The notes under the pieces: model-generated | The model's database searches: none | Told to the model about the DNA's origin: nothing | What the model saw: only the letters and a program-made list of their open reading frames with translations | Virus record (IMG/VR): IMGVR_UViG_3300006128_000015 | Location: 1 to 53,563 of that record | Length of the DNA: 53,563 nt | Strand: one strand, 5' to 3' | Source: a virus | Taxonomy: Duplodnaviria; Caudoviricetes | Program-made: the position numbers and the translations under genes | Part shown: in pieces, positions 38,390-47,468 of the stretch | How positions within the stretch are numbered: the first letter of the stretch is position 1 | Layout of the letters: every line of letters starts with the position of its first letter

Positions 38390-38644
38390 CTAGCAATCCC
38401 ACGCGCGAAGAGATTTATTGATGCGGCTATTAGGGTCGTTGGCTGTCTTCTTTGACGTCAACTTCTTCTTCATCCCGGACATCCGGGCACAGAATGACTT
38501 TTTGCGTGGGCCACCTTCGGGCTGCGGGGCCTTCAGCCCCGGCTTCCCCGGATTGGCCTTGTTGTAGGAGGCGCGGCCCTTGGCATTGAGGCCACCTTTC
38601 GGGTTCTTGCCTTCCTTACGGGTCCAAGCGGGAGTCTTAGCCAT
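38390..38644 (-). CDS. conserved small basic phage protein (DUF6321-like)
   Basis: AWTRKEGKNPKGGLNAKGRASY...RKKSFCARM...SLRAWDC. Confidence 0.75.
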   Translation of the reverse strand: MAKTPAWTRKEGKNPKGGLNAKGRASYNKANPGKPGLKAPQPEGGPRKKSFCARMSGMKKKLTSKKTANDPNSRINKSLRAWDC

Positions 38645-39381
38645 TACGCAGCCTCCTCGACAGCCGGGACGATCATCGGATATAGGACATCATTACCAAA
38701 ATTACCGACGTACTCCTGCACGCCCATATGACCCAGCGAGATGGTGGGGTCGATCCATACCTCATAACCAAGCTCGCGGGCGCGGTCACAGAACAGGAAG
38801 TCTTCGCCTACGTAGCCTTCTTCGGTCAGAGCGAAGTCAAATAGGCAAGGTACCATGCGATTGGTTCGCGCATCGTGGTACTTCCACTCGGGGTGGGCTA
38901 CTGTCATATCCTCAAATACTTTGCGCTGTACCAGCATAAATGCGGTGGCTACGCGCTTGGCCCGTACTAGACCCATGCCGTTCATAGAGAGCTGGCCGTC
39001 CTCGTCGTGGTCGAGAGTAGCGATATAAACTTTGTCGGTGCTGCGAGTGCGAGGCACAGCAGCTACAATACCCATGTTAGGGTTCTCAGCCCACGCCATC
39101 AGGCGGAAGATATCTTCTGGCTCAAAGTTGATATCGGAGTCAACGAACAGCAAATAGTCACAGTGCGACTCAAGCAAATCCTGCACAAGCAGGTTGCGGG
39201 CGCGGGAAACGACCGAGCATCCGCAGATGCTCCCGATCTGGATATCAATACCGTGGGCAGCCGCCTTACCAGCAAACTGAGCCAACGACACCGCCAGCTT
39301 CAGAGATACCTTAAAATCATACGCCGGAAGAGCTACAAAAATGCTCTTACCAGCTAAGTCGAAACCCTTTTGCGCCCGCAT
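38644..39381 (-). CDS. GT-A fold glycosyltransferase in the virion module
   Basis: VALPAY, SVVSRARN, FVDSDI (DxD), TAFMLVQR, GEDFLFC. Confidence 0.8.
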   Translation of the reverse strand: MRAQKGFDLAGKSIFVALPAYDFKVSLKLAVSLAQFAGKAAAHGIDIQIGSICGCSVVSRARNLLVQDLLESHCDYLLFVDSDINFEPEDIFRLMAWAENPNMGIVAAVPRTRSTDKVYIATLDHDEDGQLSMNGMGLVRAKRVATAFMLVQRKVFEDMTVAHPEWKYHDARTNRMVPCLFDFALTEEGYVGEDFLFCDRARELGYEVWIDPTISLGHMGVQEYVGNFGNDVLYPMIVPAVEEAA

Positions 39382-39384
39382 ATA

Positions 39385-39690
39385 TCACCCATAAATAACC
39401 GTGGCGGATGCCACGTTGGTGACCGTACCATATACGCCAGTGCGGGCAAGTACACCTTCACCGGGAAGCAAAAGGTAAGTATTACCCGCATTAGCGGCTG
39501 TAGGGGTGTTGATCGTAGCAAGCGTAGCCCCACCATTACCGTCGGTAATAACTACAGACCCAGCAGAAGCGCCGCTAACAATGTACACGCCTTTAACGCG
39601 CACACGACCAATATTGACGCTACTCTGGTCCTGAAATGCCCCCGTTGAGGTGAGGGGCTGGCTTACTTTGACGTCTGTTTGCATGGTCAT
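39385..39690 (-). CDS. small virion protein
   Basis: MQTDVK...RVKGV...LPGEGVL...VIYG; GAAGGAG RBS. Confidence 0.75.
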   Translation of the reverse strand: MTMQTDVKVSQPLTSTGAFQDQSSVNIGRVRVKGVYIVSGASAGSVVITDGNGGATLATINTPTAANAGNTYLLLPGEGVLARTGVYGTVTNVASATVIYG

Positions 39691-39720
39691 TCGCTTTCTC
39701 CTTCAGAGATTAAACTCTAA

Positions 39721-40245
39721 TTAGGAAGTGGCGAACGGAGTAGCCAGCGTGCCCGAACCAATGATCTGCCCCTGCACCAGATAGGTGTTGGCCGCAATAG
39801 CAACAACGCTGACAACCGAACCAGCAATACCGCCGGTCGTGGTGCCGTTCAGATTGACCGAGCGAATCGTCGTACCATTAGCAACGTACGTGCTGGTAGC
39901 GCCGCCAGCGGCAGCAATGTCCACCGAACCAAGCAGGTAGTCGCCAGTGCCGGTAACGATCTTAACCGCAGTGGCAGTCGAAGGCAGCACGAAGTTGTAC
40001 ACGACGCCTTGGTTGTTGGTATTGGAGGGGTCCTGACCGGGGCCGGACGACTGCCCGTTAGCAGTAACATTAACCGCCGGAAGAGTGATCGTGGCGGTAG
40101 CCGCAGTAATAGACAGGTAACGACCCGCATGCAGAGCGGGGTCAAGCGTCAGCGTAGCAGTCGAAACAGGAACGACTGCACTGGGGCCCTGCTGGTACAG
40201 GCCCGACAGCGAACGAACGGGACCCTGAAAAGTAGTACGAGGCAT
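39721..40245 (-). CDS. virion (head fibre / decoration-like) protein
   Basis: TTFQGPVRS...HAGR...ITLPA...LNGTTTGG...ATPF. Confidence 0.75.
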   Translation of the reverse strand: MPRTTFQGPVRSLSGLYQQGPSAVVPVSTATLTLDPALHAGRYLSITAATATITLPAVNVTANGQSSGPGQDPSNTNNQGVVYNFVLPSTATAVKIVTGTGDYLLGSVDIAAAGGATSTYVANGTTIRSVNLNGTTTGGIAGSVVSVVAIAANTYLVQGQIIGSGTLATPFATS

Positions 40246-40257
40246 GATTTATCTCCG

Positions 40258-40329
40258 CGTAGTAGCACATCCTCGTACAGTCTCTACTACGTCTGCTAGG
40301 CCAGTCTGTACGAGTATTAATCCTAGACG
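40258..40329 (-). ncRNA. structured leader RNA (predicted double pseudoknot)
   Basis: Three interleaved complementary pairs of 5, 9 and 8 bp, ending at the GGAG RBS. Confidence 0.6.
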
Positions 40330-40336
40330 TATTGCT

Positions 40337-40365
40337 GTGGTACCACGTTGTTGTGTAGTTGGAAA
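40337..40365 (-). promoter_or_regulatory. possible promoter for the structured leader
   Basis: TTTCCA, 17 bp spacer, TACCAC with an extended TG, on the - strand. Confidence 0.4.
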
Positions 40366-40369
40366 GTAG

Positions 40370-41212
40370 TTATTTGTAGCGGAAGACAAGTCCCGCGTGC
40401 GGGCCTTTAGCTAGAGGCTTACCGGATACTAGCGCACGCCGCAGCGTGGGCATCTTCAAGCCGTAGTAGTTGAGCACCGCCGTCAGACTAGGAAACTCAG
40501 TATTAGTAGTCACTTCCATTACGGCTTTGCTCATCTTCAACTTAGACTCTTCTGTGTGCTGTTTGCCCAGCCAGTTCTGATTGCCTGTGTTGGCCTCCGC
40601 CAGCTTGCGGCGGTGTTCTTCGGTACGGGCGTGCCCCTTTGCATTCTGATTACCCTTAAGCGCTTCAGACATACGTTTCCGCGTCTCTTCAGAAGGCACG
40701 AACTTACCCCCGCGCCCCTCGGCCAAAACGCGCTGTACTTTAGCACTGATTTTGGCTTTAGTTTCTTCCGCGTGTGCTTTACCCCGGCGTGGCTGGTAAT
40801 CGGGGTCTTCATACCGCCGCTTTACACCGGCAGATATAGCCGTGAGCTCACTTTCTTTTTTGGGGCGTTCAAAATTAGGGTGCAGCTCTCTAGCTACCCC
40901 ACGCCACGGTGCACCCGACCGAAGCCCCGCGTTATAGCAACACGGTTGCCCGACATACTCTTGCAGCCAACGATCTTCCGCCGCTTGTAGGCTTGCTACG
41001 TCTGCGACTTCTTCCATGATCTCAAACTTAAAGCACTCCTCACCGTATTTATTCCATGCGGCTTGAAGATGCGGTGTATGATGAACCCCCCGCCGAAGTT
41101 TGCTGCGGTGTGTACGGAACCGCTCCTTCGAGTTGATGGTACTCCCCACATAAAACTTTTGGTTAACTATGTTGCGTATGCGGTAGATGACGGGGTGAGT
41201 GGATTTAGACAC
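40370..41212 (-). CDS. GIY-YIG homing endonuclease with NUMOD3-like repeats
   Basis: VIY.I.N......YVGS....ERF..H, HLQAAWNKYG; repeated HxEE(T/S)K.K(I/M)S; likely start is GTG 41212 after GGGAG. Confidence 0.9.
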   Translation of the reverse strand: MSKSTHPVIYRIRNIVNQKFYVGSTINSKERFRTHRSKLRRGVHHTPHLQAAWNKYGEECFKFEIMEEVADVASLQAAEDRWLQEYVGQPCCYNAGLRSGAPWRGVARELHPNFERPKKESELTAISAGVKRRYEDPDYQPRRGKAHAEETKAKISAKVQRVLAEGRGGKFVPSEETRKRMSEALKGNQNAKGHARTEEHRRKLAEANTGNQNWLGKQHTEESKLKMSKAVMEVTTNTEFPSLTAVLNYYGLKMPTLRRALVSGKPLAKGPHAGLVFRYK

Positions 41213-41239
41213 AGGTAATCTCCCATTCGGTATAAGTCT

Positions 41240-41267
41240 TATATACAAACAACACCGAGTGGGTCAA
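41240..41267 (-). promoter_or_regulatory. promoter of the GIY-YIG gene
   Basis: TTGACC, 16 bp spacer, TATATA, immediately downstream of the capsid terminator. Confidence 0.55.
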
Positions 41268-41272
41268 TACCT

Positions 41273-41307
41273 AAAAAGAAACCCCCCGGATTTCTCCGAG
41301 GGGTCTC
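41273..41307 (-). terminator. intrinsic terminator after the major capsid gene
   Basis: GACCCCTCGGA-GAAA-TCCGGGGGGTT followed by TCTTTTT on the - strand. Confidence 0.88.
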
Positions 41308-41331
41308 CAAAAACCTAGGGTTTTTAAAGGT

Positions 41332-42237
41332 TTAGCCCTGCGAGCCGTAAACCCCGAGCGGATCAGACCATCCGAAGCTATAACGCTCACGGGCCTTGTA
41401 ACGGACGTTGCCCGTGTCGAAGTCTCCATCCATGGAGTTCGCCAGCGGCGAACGGACGAAGTGCTTCAGACCGTTAGGAACGTCCGTGGTCAGGAACCAC
41501 GACAGGTTGTTGGTCAGGAAGTGGTTGACCGCGTAACCATCAGGGATCGACCCGTTGTTCTTCAGGGCGTTGACGTCGTTATCGGCAGTCGAGACGCGCA
41601 GTTCGGTCTCAAGCAGTCGGGTAGCAACGAACATCAGGCTCGGGGGAACAATGAGCTTCTTCGGCTTCGCAGCGATCAGCAGGCCACGTTCGTCGGTCCA
41701 AGCGGCAATCTGAATCACGGCGGCTTCGAGGGCCGTCTCGTTCAGGTCAGCGTTGGTCGCGGAGGTGTTGCTGTTGACGCCACCGGTAACCACCGGGTGC
41801 GAGGTCGAGAAGAGGGGCTGACCATCACCACCAGCGTAGCTCGAATTGAACCCGTTGTTGAGGATGTTAGCGCCCTTAACCTGCTTGGTATAGGCCATGG
41901 CGCGAGCCAGAGCCTTGGTGTAGCGGGACGACAGCGAGTCGTAGAGGTTATCCTCAATCGCTTCTTCCGTCAGCGAGAACCCGAGGGCAATCGTTTCGTG
42001 GTTGTAGCGAGCGGTGAAAACTTCCTGCGCGTTGTCGTACGCAATAGCCGAACCTTCGTTCTTAACCGGAGCAGCCGAGAAGCCCGACAGCTTGGTTTCT
42101 TCTTCGAACGAACGCTCAGAGGTCTCAGTCTCGAAGATTTCCTTATGCTCTTCGCCGTAGCGAGCATATTCCAGACCGAACAGGGCGTTCAGACCGGGGA
42201 GGAGTTCCTTGAGAAGTTGTGCGCGTGAAATCGCCAT
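41332..42237 (-). CDS. major capsid protein
   Basis: MAISRAQLLKELLPGLNALFGLEY, EEAIEDNLY, KLIVPP, DFDTGNVRYKARERYSFG; strong RBS and its own terminator. Confidence 0.92.
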   Translation of the reverse strand: MAISRAQLLKELLPGLNALFGLEYARYGEEHKEIFETETSERSFEEETKLSGFSAAPVKNEGSAIAYDNAQEVFTARYNHETIALGFSLTEEAIEDNLYDSLSSRYTKALARAMAYTKQVKGANILNNGFNSSYAGGDGQPLFSTSHPVVTGGVNSNTSATNADLNETALEAAVIQIAAWTDERGLLIAAKPKKLIVPPSLMFVATRLLETELRVSTADNDVNALKNNGSIPDGYAVNHFLTNNLSWFLTTDVPNGLKHFVRSPLANSMDGDFDTGNVRYKARERYSFGWSDPLGVYGSQG

Positions 42238-42249
42238 GATTTAATCTCC

Positions 42250-42843
42250 TTACACGCCGGTCGGGTTGAGGTACTGGTGCATACCCTGATTCCACTTGAC
42301 CACGACTTCCGTATAGGTGCCGGGGGCAGACTGGGTTTCAGAGATGGCGTCGATAACGCGCACCGGGAACGTGGAGGTGGTGCCAGTGGTGCCGCTAATA
42401 GCAACGCCGGAGTCACCAGTGATCGTGTTACCAGCGTTCTGAACCAGCACGGCGTTCTCACCCACGTTAGCGCGAGTGACATAGCCAATGGTGGTACCAG
42501 ACGAAACCACGGCCACCTTGTACAGCGCGTCCGGGTCATCCTGCACAAAGGCAACGGTGTCGGTCACGTTGGTGGTACCGGGGTAGTACTGGCGGAAGGT
42601 CTTGCCGAACACCGGGTCGGTGAACGAGCAACCGAGGAACACGCCCACGGGGGTAGCAGCCGAAGTACCGGTGTCCTTGTCGAGCGTACCGCCGCTGTTG
42701 AGCTTCACGACGTCACCAAAGTAAATGGCAGTCGAGGAGTTCACAGCAATGGGGATCGAACGAGTGGCACCAGCAAACACCTGCCCGCCGATCAGATTGA
42801 TCGGAATGAGGCCATAGGGCCCCGTAACAGAAGGATATGCCAT
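42250..42843 (-). CDS. capsid cement / decoration-type protein
   Basis: PYGL.P...GG, IY.GDVV, GVFLGC, DDPD..Y.V; directly upstream of the capsid gene. Confidence 0.7.
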   Translation of the reverse strand: MAYPSVTGPYGLIPINLIGGQVFAGATRSIPIAVNSSTAIYFGDVVKLNSGGTLDKDTGTSAATPVGVFLGCSFTDPVFGKTFRQYYPGTTNVTDTVAFVQDDPDALYKVAVVSSGTTIGYVTRANVGENAVLVQNAGNTITGDSGVAISGTTGTTSTFPVRVIDAISETQSAPGTYTEVVVKWNQGMHQYLNPTGV

Positions 42844-42859
42844 ATTCTAAGCTCCTAGC

Positions 42860-43312
42860 TTAAGATTTGCCTTTACCAAACGACGTCGTAGACCGCTTCT
42901 CACGGAACAGAGGCATACGAGAGTCGTTCTCTTTCATGAAGTTATTGTCTACGGCGTCCGACTGAGCTGCGGTGCTGTTGGCGTAATACTCACGCCGCTG
43001 TTCCACAAATTCGGTCGGGGCTTTACAGAGCAACAACCCACCTACTTCGATATTATCCTTGAACCGGCTATCCGGGTCAGCGAGCATCTTGAACTTAGGT
43101 TGTTCTTCGATCCCCACTGCCTCCCAGCCCTCACGAAGAGCTGCAGACAGATTACGGGGGTCTTTCATACCCAAGGTCGAGACACGCACCCAACGGTAGT
43201 CGTATCCGGGCTGCCTGTCGGGCTCCGGCAACAGAGAAGCTGGCTGCCACTTTTTAGGACGCGAGGCGTCTTCACGGGTATCCAGTTCACGAGTCAGTCG
43301 ATTCTGTGTCAT
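42860..43312 (-). CDS. conserved head-module protein
   Basis: W.P.S.LP.P, YRWVR, LREGWE.V, I.VGGLLLCK, DNNFM. Confidence 0.8.
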   Translation of the reverse strand: MTQNRLTRELDTREDASRPKKWQPASLLPEPDRQPGYDYRWVRVSTLGMKDPRNLSAALREGWEAVGIEEQPKFKMLADPDSRFKDNIEVGGLLLCKAPTEFVEQRREYYANSTAAQSDAVDNNFMKENDSRMPLFREKRSTTSFGKGKS

Positions 43313-43314
43313 GT

Positions 43315-44244
43315 TTAACGCTCCATCTTCATAACTTCCTGAGCATATTGCTCAGGCGTAAGGCCCAGTTTCTTCGCAATCATAATCTGTGACTGCTTCA
43401 GCACGATCTTTTTGGAGGATGTACTTCTGGAGGCTGGCGCGACAACATTCGCAGTCCGGCTGGCCTGTTTGGTGCCAGTAGGCTTTTCAGGTTCCCCGAA
43501 GTATTCAGGGAAGCGCTTGCGCATCGTTGTGTCGATGGCTTGCCAATATTCGTCAGTACCGGCGTGGTTGTTACCATACTGCTTAATGAGCTTTTGATGA
43601 AGCCCAAGTGCCGCAGCGGTCATTTCTTCATCCGAACCCCACCACTCATTGCGCTCTTGCCACGCCAGTGCTTTACGGTCAGGAGTAGGTACATTAACCT
43701 GCGGTTGTGGTAGTTGTACTTCAGGCTCAGTGTTTTGTAAAGTAGGCTGGTAATTACTTAGCTGATTAAGCCTATAGCTAGCGTTCTGCATGGCTTCTTG
43801 GGCGGCGATCAGCTTTTCAGAGTCACCAGACTCATATGCTTCCTTGTACGCGCGCCTTGCCTGTTCAGCTTCGAGCTTGGCTGCCTGCTGCCAGCTACCC
43901 ACCAAAGACTGCTCGCCCTGCGACAGGGTTGCTTTCAGGCGGCGGTTTTCGTCGAAGATGCGCTGAGCAACAGAGATGGCTTCCTGCTGTTCACGGAAAG
44001 CCCGTTCCTTTTCCCGGCGCTCATCGTGCCAGACCTTCTTCATCTGCTTGAGACGAGTCTTTACCTTATCGGAATACTCTTCAAGCTCGTCGGCATCCAA
44101 CTCCTCGACAATATCCTTAGGCATAGGCTCTCGCCCACGGTCCTCCTCAGGAGTATCGTCCTCTACTTCAATTACGGGTTTTTCCTCGCCTTCGATCTCA
44201 AAGTCGAAGTCGTCCTTGTGTTCAATATTCATTGCTACCTCCAT
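43315..44244 (-). CDS. capsid scaffolding protein
   Basis: Acidic coiled coil; W...N.W.G; C-terminal IAKKLGLTPEQYA; lies between the portal and capsid genes. Confidence 0.78.
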   Translation of the reverse strand: MEVAMNIEHKDDFDFEIEGEEKPVIEVEDDTPEEDRGREPMPKDIVEELDADELEEYSDKVKTRLKQMKKVWHDERREKERAFREQQEAISVAQRIFDENRRLKATLSQGEQSLVGSWQQAAKLEAEQARRAYKEAYESGDSEKLIAAQEAMQNASYRLNQLSNYQPTLQNTEPEVQLPQPQVNVPTPDRKALAWQERNEWWGSDEEMTAAALGLHQKLIKQYGNNHAGTDEYWQAIDTTMRKRFPEYFGEPEKPTGTKQASRTANVVAPASRSTSSKKIVLKQSQIMIAKKLGLTPEQYAQEVMKMER

Positions 44245-44693
44245 TAACCCCGACTAATTCCACGGGGGTCTTCAACGACAGCCTCAACAGAATCGTCGTT
44301 AATCAGGCGAAACTCACGACCATGAATCTTCACCCGGCTGCCCGCATGAGGGCGCGTAAGAATGAAGTCACCTTCCTTACACCACGGACCGCTGGGGAAC
44401 CGCGAGGCATCCTTGAAAGCATCAGGGCCGACCTTGAGCACAAACAGTACCGGAGTAGTGAGCTCTTCGTAGTGCTTGGTAATATCGGCCTTAAACAGGC
44501 CGCCAGCCGTCTTCTCTTCCACCTCGGGGATGGCGCAGAGGAGCCTATAACCAGAAGGGTCCGGAAGCTGCTGAGCTTTGCGCTCGTCGTCCTGCGGGAG
44601 GATGGTAGCATTGTCGATGTCGTTAACATCGGAGGCGAGAAAAATCTCGGGCATCTCAGGAAGGGTATTGTCCCCTACAGTATCAATCATCAT
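44244..44693 (-). CDS. groES: GroES-like co-chaperonin
   Basis: P.GYRLL...EEKTAGGL...VLKVGPDA...KEGD.I...G....G.E.RLINDD.V.AVV; likely start is ATG 44693. Confidence 0.85.
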   Translation of the reverse strand: MMIDTVGDNTLPEMPEIFLASDVNDIDNATILPQDDERKAQQLPDPSGYRLLCAIPEVEEKTAGGLFKADITKHYEELTTPVLFVLKVGPDAFKDASRFPSGPWCKEGDFILTRPHAGSRVKIHGREFRLINDDSVEAVVEDPRGISRG

Positions 44694-44877
44694 CTTGTTC
44701 CATTCGTTGCGCGGTGTCTGCAATCAAAGTATTCGCCATCAGCAAACCGCGATAAATGCCAGCAGCGTACTTATAGGCACCGAAATCCTCGGCACGGCCC
44801 ATAGCCGTATCTTGTTCGATTACCCTAAGTTCTTCTTGTATCTTGCTTGAAAGATACTGGAGTAGGTCATTACTCAT
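44683..44877 (-). CDS. small conserved head-module protein
   Basis: G.A.DF..YKY..G..RGL; coupled to the portal gene. Confidence 0.75.
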   Translation of the reverse strand: MSNDLLQYLSSKIQEELRVIEQDTAMGRAEDFGAYKYAAGIYRGLLMANTLIADTAQRMEQDDD

Positions 44878-47468
44878 TCGTTATCCTCTGTTTGAGAGTC
44901 ATCTTCGTCAGGCTCTTGTGGTGCCTGCGCTTGCTGCGCCTGTTGGGCGTTCTGAAGTAGGTCCATGCCGTGTTGGTGGGCTTGTTGCTGTTGCTGCAGA
45001 CCGAGCTGGCTTGCCTTGTGCACGCTATCCCAGTTAAGTTGCGTGGACTTGTATGCCGCGTCGATGCCCGCTTGGAGGCCCGACATCTGGCTCTTCATGT
45101 CGATATTAGCCTTATCAGAGGCGATCTTGGCACCTGCTTGGAGACCCGCGATTTCCTTCGACGCTGCGATACGTTCTTTCTCAATCTCAACATGGTCGGC
45201 TTTAGCCGCTGCCTCAACAGCCAGCTTCTGCTTCTTGAGTTCGAGCTCACCCTGCTTAATCTGCAACTCTTGCTGCTGCATCTGGACGAGGGGGTCTTGG
45301 GCGGTCTGCTGGTTCTTCTGCTGCTGGGCCTCTGCTTGGTTTTTCTGAAGGAGCTGCTGCGCGGCGGCGGCGGCCAGACGCGATACCTGTACTTCGATAT
45401 CTGGGGACATCGGCGCGTTGGGTGCCGGATAAGGTACGCCCGCCTGCTCTTCGATCTGCCTACGATACTCGAAGGCCACATGTTCACTGACGTGAGCCGC
45501 CATAGCTGCCTGCATGGCCCCCGCATTAGGGTTCTGCCCCACAAGCTGCATGATCTTGGGGTCTTGCATAGCCGCCGTATGGACCGCAATATGTGCTTGG
45601 TGGTCCTGCTCAATGAACGCTTTGACCGGCTTGCCGTTAATGATGTCCATATTCTCAGACACAGGATCACACGGCTTCATATCATCGCCGTCCTTAAGCG
45701 GGACGAGCTTCTCGGCGTTCTTGATACCCAATACTTCGAGCATCTGGCGGTGCAGGAATGGAAGATTATAAAGCTGCGGAGCCGTCTGGGCGAGCTGAAG
45801 AACCGCCTGATACTGGACGATCTTCTGCGCCATCGTGGCGGCATTAGGATCACTGACCGGAATTACATCGACGAGGTCGTAGTCAGCCTTCTTGGCCTTA
45901 GAGGTAGCATTAACCGGGGTGTAGTCGTAATCCTCGGGGGAGTAGTCACGGATGATATCCCGTAGGAGACGAAACTCCTGTTTCATCGCGTAGTGGATAC
46001 GCGCCTGCACCGCGCTCATGGCCTTCAGTGTGCGCTCAAGAATTGCCAGCGTGGTACCCACGGGCGCTTGGCCCGACATATCACTAATCTGCATGTCGGC
46101 TGCACCGGCAAACCGACGGCCTTCCTCCACGATATTCTGAAGGAGCGCAAACAGAACCTGACTTGGCTCCTTATACGGCAGCGGCATGATATTATCACGC
46201 ATAGTACCGCTAGCGACGTCCACGTCGCGCCATTCTGCCGGGCTGATGGGCGTATCATCGCCCTTAACCCTCAGACCCTTAGTCTTGAAGCCGCCCGGAA
46301 GGTTACTGAGAGTGCCAGCATCAACAAGCTGACGAATAATGCTGGTACCAGACTTAGCAAAAGCACCGACAAGATGAATAAGGCCGAAAGCGTAGAACCC
46401 AAAGCCCGGAACGTACGAGTAGTGTACGAAATGATTGCGCTTGAGTTTCTTCTTGTCAGTCGGGTCCCAATTTCGGCGTATCGCCAAGATGGTCTGCGTA
46501 GATTTCTCAATAGTAACGACATAAGGAAGCGCAATCTCGTCCTCAGACTCATCTTTAGCCTCCTCATCATCGCCCAATACGAGCTCAACGTGCATCTCAA
46601 GGAGCTTAAAACGGTCATCTGTGGACGCCCTAAAGCCCATTTTCTCGGCAATTTTCTTCTCGATTTCGTCAAAAGTATCGACGGGGTCACCAAGGTCCAC
46701 ATCTCGGTAGAACCCCGCCGCCTGCAGGCGCCTAAGCTCATTAGGAGTCTTACGCATTACGTGGGTAATACGCGGCGACGTCTCCAACGAAGTGGCACCA
46801 TAGGGCACAACGACGTCTTCTGCAGGAACATACATTGATACCTGACGCCCCAAGGTGGGGTCGTAGTATACCTTCTTGAACGCGTTACCAGATAGACCCA
46901 GACCCCACAGCATGCGCTCATGCTCGGGGCGATACTCAACCATCCGGTCGGTAAGCTGGTAGTTCATGTCGTCTTGTACGCGTTTTGCGGCTTTGGTTAC
47001 CTGTGGGGTCTCTTCACCGACAATCTCTACGCGGACAGGCCCCTGTGCAGGGAAGGTCTCCATCATGGTCTCGGCCTGAAACTTAACCAGAGCCTCACTC
47101 AGAAGGGGGTGGTGCACACCACAAGCGCCCGGCCAAGGCTCGGTACGGTCTTCGACCTTCATACCAAGCAACTCAAGGCCGTCTACATAGGTCTGAATCC
47201 AGTCTTTCCGCGAGGACATATCGTCGTCGAAGTCGCCAAGCAGGTCACCGGCAAGCTCCGTAAGTGCGCCCTCGTCCATATCTTCAGCGAGGTTCTCGGC
47301 AAAATCATCGCCGTCCTCATCAGGGTCAATATGAAGCAGGTGATGGCCCGCAATACTCAAATCAACACTCTCGGGGTCCTCGATTTCAATTTCGAGCGCC
47401 GGTTCTTGGTTCAGATGGTCCGATTGCAGGCCAATAGGGGCTTGGTTAAGTGACTTGAAGACCGACAT
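44874..47468 (-). CDS. portal protein
   Basis: 864 aa downstream of the terminase; SRKDW...Y..GL.LLG, PW.GA.GV.HP, MNYQL, F.KVYYD; Gln-rich coiled-coil tail. Confidence 0.88.
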   Translation of the reverse strand: MSVFKSLNQAPIGLQSDHLNQEPALEIEIEDPESVDLSIAGHHLLHIDPDEDGDDFAENLAEDMDEGALTELAGDLLGDFDDDMSSRKDWIQTYVDGLELLGMKVEDRTEPWPGACGVHHPLLSEALVKFQAETMMETFPAQGPVRVEIVGEETPQVTKAAKRVQDDMNYQLTDRMVEYRPEHERMLWGLGLSGNAFKKVYYDPTLGRQVSMYVPAEDVVVPYGATSLETSPRITHVMRKTPNELRRLQAAGFYRDVDLGDPVDTFDEIEKKIAEKMGFRASTDDRFKLLEMHVELVLGDDEEAKDESEDEIALPYVVTIEKSTQTILAIRRNWDPTDKKKLKRNHFVHYSYVPGFGFYAFGLIHLVGAFAKSGTSIIRQLVDAGTLSNLPGGFKTKGLRVKGDDTPISPAEWRDVDVASGTMRDNIMPLPYKEPSQVLFALLQNIVEEGRRFAGAADMQISDMSGQAPVGTTLAILERTLKAMSAVQARIHYAMKQEFRLLRDIIRDYSPEDYDYTPVNATSKAKKADYDLVDVIPVSDPNAATMAQKIVQYQAVLQLAQTAPQLYNLPFLHRQMLEVLGIKNAEKLVPLKDGDDMKPCDPVSENMDIINGKPVKAFIEQDHQAHIAVHTAAMQDPKIMQLVGQNPNAGAMQAAMAAHVSEHVAFEYRRQIEEQAGVPYPAPNAPMSPDIEVQVSRLAAAAAQQLLQKNQAEAQQQKNQQTAQDPLVQMQQQELQIKQGELELKKQKLAVEAAAKADHVEIEKERIAASKEIAGLQAGAKIASDKANIDMKSQMSGLQAGIDAAYKSTQLNWDSVHKASQLGLQQQQQAHQHGMDLLQNAQQAQQAQAPQEPDEDDSQTEDNE

